Made by a program: the position numbers and the translations under genes. Source: Octopus bimaculoides (Eukaryota). From it: a stretch of DNA of 64,000 bases. This document shows, one piece after another, positions 27,978 to 40,800 of the stretch. The notes below the pieces were generated by a model. It was not told where the DNA came from and searched no databases. It was given only the letters and a program-made list of their open reading frames with translations. Every line of letters starts with the position of its first letter. Within the stretch, counting starts at the first letter, position 1. Location of the stretch: positions 450,468 to 514,467 of the forward strand of contig NC_068993.1 in assembly GCF_001194135.2 (NCBI RefSeq), given 5' to 3'.

Positions 27978-30900
27978 CCTAGCAAATATATTGAGGAATC
28001 AATAAAGTAAGGTGCCTACAGTTGAATTTGAACTGATGACAACATTAGATGAATTGATTGGAAGGAAACTAGAAAGAAATGTTGGTTGAGGAGAAACAGT
28101 TTATAAACAGGAAAAACCATATCTTACCAAGTTTTCTTTTATAGGACTGAATTAATGTTTCATTTCTTGCCTGAAATAATATTTTAAAGAGAAATCTAAT
28201 TAGATATAATGTAGGTTAGAGAGAGAGAGAGAGAGATGTAAAAATAGAAGTGGGGCAATTTGAAGCTGTGTCACTGTCCACGTCCCAGCGGTGGTGGGGC
28301 AGGGACGAAAAGGTTTAACACAAGAACAACAAGTGAAATAAAATAAAATTAAAAAAAAAGAATTTAACAGGTTTTGTGTCTTAAGTAATTAAAATGGTTA
28401 TTCCATGATGGAAGTACTTCTTCAGTTTTAACATATAATCTCAGGTCAAGTCACTGAGAAGACAACAGCACTGAAACACACACACACACACACAAAGCAA
28501 CCGAAATGTGGTCTTTGAAAGTGAGAATCATTGAGGAAAAAGTAGGATTAAAAAAGACAAAAACTCGAGATTAAAAAATTCAGAATTAGATTTCAATTCT
28601 CAATTTAAGATTCTCTTAATTAATGAAATCTCCACTAAACGATGAGTATCACATTAATACTTCCCTTGTTCTTCTACAAAATGTACAATTTCCGGTTTTA
28701 TTGACTAATAACCAAACAGCTTTCCATAAATCCCATCAGTTTCTCTCCTGTCTATCAAATGAGGCACAAACCCCTTCACACTCACTGATGGAACTCCTGC
28801 CCACCAAACCCACTCAGAAGACTTTGGTTGGCTTGAGGCTATAGTAAAAGACATTTGTCCAAAGTGCTGTGCAGTGGGACTGAACCTGAGACCATGTGAT
28901 TAGGAAGCAAGCTTCTTAGTCAAGCAGTCACTCTAGAAACAACACCACTTCATCCTTTCATCCTACACAAATATCCACTTGGATTTGGTTTTTATTCCTA
29001 TTTTCTTGAAGCAACAAGTTTCTGATAAATAATCAAATGTCAATATATGTTAATATATTTAATTGAAACATTTGTTTATTACACATATAATTACTGAGTA
29101 AAACAAAATACTAACTGAAAAGTAACAAAAGAAACCATAATGGAATAATTAGATTAATTAGAAAGAAAATCAAAGTCTTACTTGTTGTGAAGCTAAGTAT
29201 CGAAGTTCATCAACTTCATCTTTTAATGATCTTGCTTCGTCTGCTTGTTGATTGAGTTCTATATTCTGGATAACGAGAACAAATGATCAGTAATTACTTA
29301 ATTATAACAATGAAATTATCTTGAATTAAATAGTCATTAGGAAATATATATTACATGGTTTAATTCATTTTATTTAAGCAATTACTTTGATATTTTAAAT
29401 GAAGTTGAAGAATGGTGGTCCCAGTAGTATTGGCAGGTAATTTTACAGAGATCATAGGAATCCAAAGTAGATAATTACACAAAAAGAATTCAATAAAAGA
29501 TGGAAAAATAACCTTTTGTTGGAGGTCTCGAAACTCTTCAGTCATTATATCAAGGCGAGCAATGCAATTATCTCTGGCTGTTAACGAGAGAAAAAGAAGA
29601 GAAAATATTTTGGAAATTATAATTCAAGGCTGAAATAATATGAAATTTAAAAAGTCCTGGTCTGTTCTCAAAAATAATTGATAAATATCCCAGAAGTAAC
29701 TAAGTATTTTAAAGTTGTTGCTGGGTACCTTTAGTAGTGAGTAACATTTTAGAAACTTCCTCATTAACTCAAATATATATGTATATACATACATATATAT
29801 ATATATATATGTATGTATATAGTCTTCTGTAATAAACTTTGGTGAGTGTGTGCATATTTATTTACTGAAGAAAGGAGGGAAAATATGGAGCTTATTGAGG
29901 AAATCTTACCAGATTCCAGTTTAAGAACTTCTTCTTGTAGACGTTCAGTTTGTCGCTGTAACTGTTGACAGCGCCGGCCAGCTGGAGTTCTGCAAATATT
30001 TAAAAGAAATCAGATTTTACACTCTATCATTAACACTTTTCTACAAAAAAAACCACAGAATGTGTTCTTGAATCAGTATTTGGAAGTTTAGTCTTTAAAA
30101 TCCTTTTACTTCTGACATCATCATCATTCAGCAGTTAACTCCAACAATGAAGAACCCGCTACCAGAATAACTCTTTTAATTTTACTATTTCACATCCATT
30201 ATTCAGGTTTGTTTACCTGTAACGGTTTATTGGTGGTGGGGAATTGCCTTCACAGTTGTGTAACTTCCCAACTTTATAAGCATTCCACCATGAAATAAAC
30301 TGGAGCTAGAAGAGCTATGTGCCTTGCTCTGCACTACAACACAATGACTGTAGGAAATAGTTTTTAATTCAAGGTCAGCAGTGCAGTACCTTCACCAAAC
30401 AGTCATTGTACATGTTTACTTTTGCATGTGAATGTCTATAACTAAATGGTATGCCTGTCTCTATATTTTGTATATATACATATTTGTGTGTTTATATTTG
30501 CTTTTATGTACACACACACACACACACACACATTTAAATATCACAGTTTGTAAATGGAAGCCATGGAAAACATTTGACAGATAATGAAGGGCATGTCCCT
30601 GAAAGATTGTGAAGCTTGAAACTTGAGTCATGGGAAAAAGAGGTCATCTTGAATTTTTTCTGTGGATTTATTTGGCAACAAGAAAAAAAAAAAGGTAGCA
30701 TTCCCAAATCACCACAAGAAAGATTATTGTTGTGGTGCCTGTTGTGGTGTATAAAAAATAATGAAGGCTAATGGTCAATTGTGAGACAGTGTCATCCAAT
30801 CTATGAACACTAAATGGACAGGAAATAAGGTTGACCAACTGCATGGAAGTCTCTGTTGTAGACTTGAGAGCAAAAGACATCTATTTTCTAAATTATGGAG

Positions 30901-31560
30901 AAGCTAAAAGAATAGGGAACTTTCTGGTTAATTGGCAGACAATAAAGAATTATTTAAAACCCTACTGAACATTGATTCAGTTAGAAATTTCCTTCTGGGA
31001 TTAGAAATAAAGCTTACCCAGGATCATCAAGATTTTCTGCTTGGTTCAAACGTTCTGATAATCTGTCGACTTCAGAAGACAGTGTGATTTTCTCATCTTG
31101 CAAAGAAGTCATCTAACAAACAAAAAAAAATATGTCTATCAATGAATAATGACGACAACAACAACAACAACAACACTTCCTCTTTTGCTAAATTCAAATA
31201 AAGAATTTTCATCTGGCTGTTACATGAAAAATGACACCAGATAATAAAATCTGCTTCAAGTTAGAAAAACAAAATTGCAATCTTATGTAAAGTGATTTAT
31301 AGATTTCATTTTAGCAGCTTAAGTGGTTAATGGTTTAAATGGTTAATTAGCTTTTTGTTTCTAAATAATATAACTAGTTAGACATTCTAAAAATTTACAT
31401 TTAACTTACATTTTTCAAGTTTACAACAAATTTTATATCAATTATCCAGATTTTAAAAACAAATTTACAAAATGATTCCTCAAGAGTTTATGAAATGTTA
31501 AACCAATGTTCTTGGTTTGACTATTAAAGAAACGTGGCTGATATTTCTTAATGCTTAGAG

Positions 31561-31592
<32 letters not shown>

Positions 31593-33142
31593 CAAACATT
31601 AATCCAACTAACTTGTTCGTCCAAGAAGTGGCAACGTTTCGTTAATTCTTCGTTGGCTTCTTTGACATTTCGCAGTTCATCAAGTGTACGTCTTAGCTGA
31701 AGAAATAAAAGGTTAATGAGTAGGAAATAATTAGTAATTTAATAACAATAATTATATATCAAATGGACAATAAAACAAGTAATTATTTTATGGTTAATAC
31801 AACAACAACGTGATTATTCATTATATCATTAAAACTAAATTATAAAGATTAAAAATAGCCAAATAAAATTTATTAAATGCTAGATAATGTTATTGTCAAG
31901 CAGAACAACTTGTTCAATATTATTTAATCAATAAAACTGACAAAGGGAAACTTCTGGGATAGTTTCATAACACTATCTCATATTCTAGCGAAATATTTGC
32001 AAGGAAAAACTCAAACATATTTATATTTTTTCTCAATTTTATGATAGAAATATTTTCTATCAACCTCAACAACATCATTATGATGGTTATTACTGTTGCA
32101 GGATATCACCTATGGTTCTCAGAATTATCTCAGTTCAAAAAGGCTCACATGTACACACACACACACACACATCTGCACAGGGCTGGATGCCCGTCATATC
32201 CCTGACTTCACAGCATGGGCCAACAGCACTAAAAAGGTTGACTATGGCTGGGTTAAAGACTCCACTCTATCCTGAATCAATTCTATTTTTCAGCGATAAA
32301 TGGGTGATGTTCCTCGACAAATATCTGGAATTTCCCATCAGTTTCCCTTCCTCCCAGTATTTTAAATTAGGAATTACAACTAATACAACAGCAACCCAGA
32401 TACCTTTAAGCTACGCCTAAATTTATAAATACTACCTGTCTCTTTTCTCCTCCACAATCCACCAAAGCAAAGCTCAGAGTAGATACATTTGAAAAGTTGA
32501 GCAGTGCTTACTCACAAAATACACAAACTTCTTTTCCAAAAGTTTGTGACATTCAGTTTTCTAAAAAATGTTAATAACGTTTAAGAAACTCTTCCTTTAA
32601 ATATTGTGACTGTATCAAGCATTTTTCGCAAAACCCCTGATATATATATATATATATACAGAGAGGGAGAGAGAATGATTTTCTTGCAGAAGTATCTACA
32701 CATTAATTTCTACCATACTTCATAATCACTCTCTGCAGTCCATCTATTTGAGTAGAAATGCTAGAAGCAGTAAATTCCAGGGAAAGTAGAGAAGGTTTGC
32801 AATGGCAAATACATGTACGAACACATATTTACTTCACATTTCCAGATAAGTCCTAAAAGTGGAATAAGTGTGTCATGAAGAAGACAAGACGTCTGCTGTG
32901 TTGACGACTCAACTGAGCCGTCTCACTTTGAGGATCTGTGCTGCTAGCACTCGTAGTAGGTGACACTTGAGCCAACTTACAAGAATCCAGAATAAATTCA
33001 AAAAGACAAACCTGATCATCTGCACGTCCAAGTTGGTAAGATCCATCAACATTGTCTTCAGGATCAAAATTCTAAAAATGATACAGTTTCATATTCATTA
33101 TAATCAAATTTCCAAAAGGGTGGTGGTGGTGGTGGTGGTGGT

Positions 33143-33220
<78 letters not shown>

Positions 33221-36200
33221 GAATTTATTTAGAAACAAAGAAAAACAGCATTTGCAACAACTACGACAACAACAATAATGATAATAATAATATTAATAAA
33301 TATTATTCAAACTTGAAAATGTATAGAAAGGGTTCCAATGAAACCAAATTTCTAGAAATGAAATATTGGTGATGCCAGGCTGAATTTACTGATGAACTGA
33401 TGAATTTATTCTTGGTTAAATTCCAAAATAGAATTGAGTGGAATTGCTAAACTAAATCTTCCAGGTTTACAGAACAGAATATTGACATTTGAGAAGAGTT
33501 TTAACTGTTTTGGCACAAGCATATCTGGAACTGATGCTTCCATGAGATAAAAATCTGATTTAAAATGCCCACAAAATGAAACGTTTTATAATGTTAGGTA
33601 AAGACTTTTTGTTAAATCTCAAATATCAACTTGATACGCACACAAATATATATACATAAATGTATATATGTATTATTAACTACTACGACATTTTCACAAG
33701 GTAGAATACTCCTGGAAAAAGCTGTTATTCTGCAAGTGAATACTGAAGATGTTTCTCTTTTTTCTTGATTCTTTAACTACAAACATTTCACGAAGGAAAA
33801 GAAGAAAATTCACATTTCATGTTCCCTAACTGTAATTAATTTAATCATTAATTTTAATGGAATGTCTAATCAATAAGTTACAGTTTATATTCATGCTGAC
33901 AATTTCTGAAAAGAATGAAATATTGCTATGCATGACTGCCACCAACTAGGAACTGTAAGGACTTTGTAATAAGTAAAGACAAAAATTGAATATGTGAATT
34001 CTAATCTCACTTCATGTTGTGAAGGGATGATTATCTCCCTTTTATTAATTGCTATCACTAGAGGGAACCACATGTATATATGTATTAATAAATGGAATTT
34101 TCCTTTTTTTTCTTGAGGCTCCAGATTCTTGATGACTTTGAAAATGGATTAAAACAGAATTGGTATATTTTGTTAGGAAAGGGCTACATCTGGCAATGTT
34201 ATGTCTGCCAACATAAATGTGTATTTAAATGTATTTCCATCAAAATTGAACAAACAATTGTTTTTTGATAGATTCTTTGGAAATAATGACATTAACTGAC
34301 ATCTCAAGATCATTTCTAAAAAATGGTGTGTTGGCAGATATTATGATTACAATGCAAATAAATACCAAACAAAAGGATTAGAGACAGTGGTACATACATG
34401 TGTATGGACATATGAGTGTGTGTATATATTTATGTCGATATGCACACACACACACACACATTTATACTGGGAGTAGGTTAATTAATAAAATAGTAGCAGA
34501 AAACAAAAAACACCAACATACATGTGGACATTCAACATACATGTAAATATTCAAATACAGGTATCATTCTTTGTAAAAAGAGGTAAAGCGTGAATTAGAA
34601 AAAAAAAGAAAAAGTCATGTTCCTGAACATGCAGGCTTCTAGATTTACCATTTACCAAAAGAACTTTGAAGTTTAAAGAAAATTCTTTTTTTAACTTTGT
34701 AAAGAAATATTTTACATTTTGTAGCAGAGACAGAGACAAAAAAAAAAACAACAAACAAACCCAAAAACACTTGTTCCTTCTGCAGGAATAAGTTACCATC
34801 TTTGGACTGTTGAACAATTTCAGAACCAGAAAATAAACTACCCACATTTTACAGAGCCTTTGACCAGAAACCCATCATTAAATGCTGCCGACCTTCACCT
34901 ATTTCCAAGCAAAGTAATATTTCCCCAAAGCCACAGGTTTTCTATACAGAAGCCTTCATTTTCCATCTACTTAATCCACTCACAAGGCTTTGGTTTGCTC
35001 AGTGCTACAGAGTAGAAGACATCTGCTCAAGGTGCTACACAGTTGGACAAACCAGAAAAAAAAAAAAGATACAAACACAAATACACCCACGCACCCACCC
35101 TAAAAGTCAGAAGATATGAGAGGTGAATATACATTTATTTAACTGCATGATGTTTTGCAACCTTCTTCATGTAGAACTAATTTCAGTATGGAAGAAATTA
35201 TGCGTACGTGCTTGTATGCAAGCTCAGTATTATACAATAAAATTGTATATTCCCAAATCCATGCAAATAAAGAAAGCAAGGTCATCAGGGTTACACCAAG
35301 GTCTCAACCCTTGCATTGATTTGCAAATGTACAATTCTATTGCATAATGCTAAGCATGCATCTTAATGCAAACATAAAAGCATAATTTCTTCCACACTGG
35401 AATTAATACTGCATGAAGAAAGTTGCAAAGCAGTCGTAATCCCAAGGATGTCAAATGGTTAAATAAATATATTCATCTCTCGTGCTGCCTGACTTTTTAT
35501 GAATTATATACTCCTCATGAAACAATTTCATCAATCGGATCTTCTGGATTTCAGCTGCAGGGACACTCTGCATTACACTTCCCTGTATTGGATTACTATG
35601 TGGCCTGATAGCCGAGTCCATTAGAGGAGCTTTCTGTTATATCGACACGATTCTCAGAATTCATTTCTTATACTTATGCATATATGTGTGAGGAAGAGTG
35701 TGTGTAAATCATTTTAGCTTGCATGAAGTGCAAATACATCATGCAAGCTAAAATGATTTACACACACTCTTTAAAAAAAAATGAGAATAAAGCAATGGTT
35801 GATTGCAAACATTCATGCAATTTTAGAGGCAAAAATTATAAACTTTCAGCAACATCTTCAAGCAAAAGTATTTAGTTTCCAGAATCAAACACTTCTGCTG
35901 GAACTGAATAGCAGGAAAAAAAGTGTTCAAGAACTGCAATATAAAATAAAAAGTAAAAAAAAAAAAAGGCGGGGGGAATGACCCACAAAATATTGGTTAC
36001 AAATAGAAAAAAAGCTAACAAAAATGATGAACATGAAGTAACAAAATTGGAAACAAAAAGACAAAACAAAAACCACCAGTTGAGCAAAAATTAAGTAAAA
36101 ATGAGCAAAAATTGAAATAAAATTGGATAAAAAATAAAAAATTGAAATAAAATTGGATACAAATTGAAAAAGAAGTTGAAGAACCTGAGAGTAATACTTG

Positions 36201-37781
36201 GAAAGCTGTGAAAGGGAAAAAAAATGATTCTCTGATGATTCTAGAGAGTTTGTCAAAGTTATTACATATCAAAAAGGAGAAGGGGTTAGACATGAAGGCA
36301 TGCTGGGTTTCAACAACTGGGGAGACACATAAGAAGAATTCAGTGAATTAGAAATGAATTTTCAGTGAGATGAGTTTAATATTTGAAATGGGAAAAAGAA
36401 AAAAAAATATTGAGGAATGGGGAATAATAAAAATACTAATGGTGTTTTAATTCTAATCCAATTGTTGATTATATCAACGAGAAGTGCCAGACAGTTTGGA
36501 TTGGTTGTGACTACCTGGAGAAAATAGAAAGACTCTTCTATGAAGAACATTAATAGATTGTTCTGTCAATGATTTTTTGTAAACAACTTGCAGATGCAAG
36601 TGCTACCAGTTAAAAGCTCTGCAAGTTTATGGAGTCATCAGGAGAGAATGCACTCAACAGGATCATTGCACACTGACTACCAATCACTGAAATGAGTCCC
36701 TGCTTGCTAGATCAACTGGTTATTAAGTTTTGCTCAATATTCTTCTAACCATTGCTCAACATCACTTTCTAACCAAATCCAGTGGCTTGCCTTCTCCACT
36801 GTAGTTTAGAGAAAATTGTCAATGAAGAATCAAAATTAATCCGTATTTAAAAGGAAGTCTTTAAGAAAAATTGCTCATTGGAGGAAATAATAGAATGGTT
36901 ATTTCAGTATTTGGAAAAGAAAAAAGAAAAAAAAAAGGTTCAATTAACAGTAGAAAGCAGAGGTGAAAATATTTTAAGGACTTCTTAGTGATGCAATGTA
37001 NNNNNNNNNNNNNNNNNNNNNNNNNNNNNNNNNNNNNNNNNNNNNNNNNNNNNNNNNNNNNNNNNNNNNNNNNNNNNNNNNNNNNNNNNNNNNNNNNNNN
37101 NNNNNNNNNNNNNNNNNNNNNNNNNNNNNNNNNNNNNNNNNNNNNNNNNNNNNNNNNNNNNNNNNNNNNNNNNNNNNNNNNNNNNNNNNNNNNNNNNNNN
37201 NNNNNNNNNNNNNNNNNNNNNNNNNNNNNNNNNNNNNNNNNNNNNNNNNNNNNNNNNNNNNNNNNNNNNNNNNNNNNNNNNNNNNNNNNNNNNNNNNNNN
37301 NNNNNNNNNNNNNNNNNNNNNNNNNNNNNNNNNNNNNNNNNNNNNNNNNNNNNNNNNNNNNNNNNNNNNNNNNNNNNNNNNNNNNNNNNNNNNNNNNNNN
37401 NNNNNNNNNNNNNNNNNNNNNNNNNNNNNNNNNNNNNNNNNNNNNNNNNNNNNNNNNNNNNNNNNNNNNNNNNNNNNNNNNNNNNNNNNNNNNNNNNNNN
37501 NNNNNNNNNNNNNNNNNNNNNNNNNNNNNNNNNNNNNNNNNNNNNNNNNNNNNNNNNNNNNNNNNNNNNNNNNNNNNNNNNNNNNNNNNNNNNNNNNNNN
37601 NNNNNNNNNNNNNNNNNNNNNNNNNNNNNNNNNNNNNNNNNNNNNNNNNNNNNNNNNNNNNNNNNNNNNNNNNNNNNNNNNNNNNNNNNNNNNNNNNNNN
37701 NNNNNNNNNNNNNNNNNNNNNNNNNNNNNNNNNNNNNNNNNNNNNNNNNNNNNNNNNNNNNNNNNNNNNNNNNNNNNNNNN

Positions 37782-37836
<55 letters not shown>

Positions 37837-40800
37837 AAGAATAATTTAAGATAAAGCATTTTTAAAAGACACAAACAATTGCAAATAAATGGTAATAATG
37901 AAATGTACTTACATCACTAATTGCTGAGAAACTATCATTCATACTGGAGGTACCATCTTCATTAACAACCTAATTACAGAAACCAAATGAATGAGGATCA
38001 ATAAAAGATGCAGTCATATCATGAATAGGAATATTTAATACATGGAATCAATAATTCTGTATGATGCTGCTTAGCACAGAAAGTCGACGACCAGACTGTA
38101 AACAATTGTACCACAGTGTACATAACTGTATCGTTTTCTACCAAATTGTACCATACCCTAACCCTCACTGATGTGGTTTTAACATTAAAAAAACTTCAGG
38201 TTATTTCTATACATAATACAAATTGAAGCTGACTTTATCTTGTGTGTATGTGTGTGTGTGTGTATCATACTATGAAGGGCAGTAGTGCCACACAATGGAT
38301 AACTTGGAACACGACACTCTGTCAACCCATGCATTGTGTGTGTGCTTGTGCACATGAATGCTTGTCTGTGTCTCTGTTAACTGAAATTGAGATATTTTCC
38401 CCTGATATCTTAAATAATTAAACTATTATTCTTTTTGACTCTGATAAAAAAATATCCCATCTTCTCCAATGAAACTCACCTGTGGGGCTTGTACCCTCCA
38501 AAATGTTAAAATTGAATAATTAGATTTCAATGAAGAACATAAAACTATCTTCACATTGCCAGGTAAATTTAATAAATTAACAATCATTTGGAGAAAGAAA
38601 GAGATTCTTTTAAAACCAGGTTTTCAGTAAATAAGATACTTAAACTTCAATTGAAGTTCAGCACTTTACATTCAGGCTGATGCATCAACCATGTCAGTGT
38701 CGTTAGTCTCAGAGAACCTGCAAAAAAGTCACATACATCAGCCATATTAATCTCTTTAGTCTAGGAGGACCTCTAAAGGTCATGGCTACCATTTGTCCGC
38801 CCCTGTCACTTGAGTTTTCAGGATGGCATACAATTACTGCCCATTTGAATTGAAAGGATTTGTAATAATAATAAAAAAAGGTTTACCTCTTTTAGGAGTT
38901 GCATAACCACTTGTTGTACAGATTCCTCCATTTCCATAATTTGGTGTATGTGTGTATTTTCTTCACAATACATTGCACACACAAGAATCAGCTGCAGGAA
39001 AGAAACCAATTCTTTCATGCTGCTAGTTTCAGCTAAACGAGAAAGACAGAAATTATGTACTTGGCATTCATTAACAATTGAACAATTAAACTGAAATTCA
39101 TAATTGTTAGTTAACATTTAGTTAAGAATCATCAATCAGGAAGCTCATAGATAGCCAATTACTGCCCATATAACAAAATTTTTATAAACACTTTTCTAAG
39201 ATTTGAATAATTTTAGAATTTCTAGCAATAAAATAGCACCAAAAGTCTTGGAATTATTTGACAAATACAACTAAACAAAACTACCAAATCCTTCTTCTCA
39301 CAGACGTTCCACTGAAACCTGTATCCCACTTGGAAGGAAGCAACCTAAACTCTAACTGTCTTAACCTCACTTAATTAACCCTTGTTTAGCCCTAGGTCTG
39401 CCTAGATCTAAGACATTCCACCCATAACCATCACATCGGTATCTATGACTAGATTATCTCACCTGTCCTGTTTTTTATGATTGCAGCATGTGATTTGAGG
39501 GAAATTTGGCTGCTATTTCTACCAGGTCGAGAAACCATGTAGAAGCTTTCTCAGCAGAAGATAGGGGTAGGTTTAGACATATAGGAAGACAATAAAAATA
39601 TTAAAATAAGAGATTTTGTAGAATTATGGAACTACAATATTTGTCCTAAATATTTTTGTAGAAACAATTACATCTTGGGAGAACCATTCTAACCATTTTA
39701 AAACACACACACACAAAAAAAAAAACATTGTTAAATTCTTGAGTTTAAAGTGAGTTTAAGTCACAGTTTTTGTCTTATTAAATAGTTAAAATGAATCTTC
39801 TATAACGGAGTTACTTCAACACACATACTCAAATCAAGTCAGTAGTTAAACAAGTATAACCGCTAAATCTTGATAAAATTTTGTCTTACAACATTTTCAA
39901 TGAAATTTTACAGCACAATAACGAAAGAAAATGAAATAAAGAAAATATTTCTTACCAATAGCGTTAATATCTGGCAGGGGAAATCCTCTGTTACGTAAAT
40001 TTGGTAACTGGAAAGAGAAGGACAGCGATAGTTAGTAATTTGTGATTTAAGGGGAGATATTTAATTATAACGAGTGTTAATATAATGTAATGAAGCCAAC
40101 ATATTTTATTTAGAATTACTTTTACAGTCAAGAGGTGGAAAGAGACTCACTTCAGACTGACGTCAAGTGAAGCTGGACAAGGCGAAGGGGAGACAACCCA
40201 AAATTTTAATTACACAAGAATTGAAGAAATGAAAACATTAGCAGAATGACTATCTTAATCTGATCTTTAATGGAAGTAGCAGACATTTTTCAATTCTATT
40301 AGAGCTCAAAAGCAAAGTATAATCTTTGTTGTCAATGTTTACCAAGTCCAGAGATTGAAAAATCACTGTGCTGATGATAAAAAGGTTAAGTCGTATACAG
40401 TATCTCTTGATAATATCAGAAAGTATAAAACCATACATTTCATTACAATATATACATATGAACCAGTATAGAAGCTTTTATGAGGTCATTCAATATACTA
40501 GAAATAGGAGCCATACCTCTTCAAAATCATACACATATTACAATATCATACACATTCAAAAGCCAACATCAGAATTTGTACATAATTGCTTAGCATGCAA
40601 GAAACAGAATTCAAATCTCCCTAAAAACAACATCCTACCATCAAGAAAATAGGAAGGACATACTGAAAAAATGTATTCATAAACATCCCTTAAAAGATAG
40701 GGTTAGTCCTGGTTGGAACATCTTTCTTTCAAGGTCTGCTCATTGATGGCTGACCTAGGGTTAAGCAAAAGAAATTCTACAATTTGTAGAAATAATGAAG

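Noticed and set aside
30581-30610. ataatgaagggcatgtccctgaaag, a hammerhead-like layout
   Set aside because: The core is mutated (AUAAUGA) and there are no supporting stems I or III.
36436-36513. In-frame segment VVTTNPNCLALL... after a good acceptor in Hook intron 7
   Set aside because: Only weak donors, no Hook similarity and not needed for the frame.
36861-37874. Long ORFs made mostly of X (also at 1597, 52059 and 63021)
   Set aside because: They span N gaps and are artefacts.
38670-38717. Exon-like segment after a ttttttgcag acceptor in Hook intron 6
   Set aside because: In the required phase it reads GTT CTC TGA (stop), and the donor is weak.
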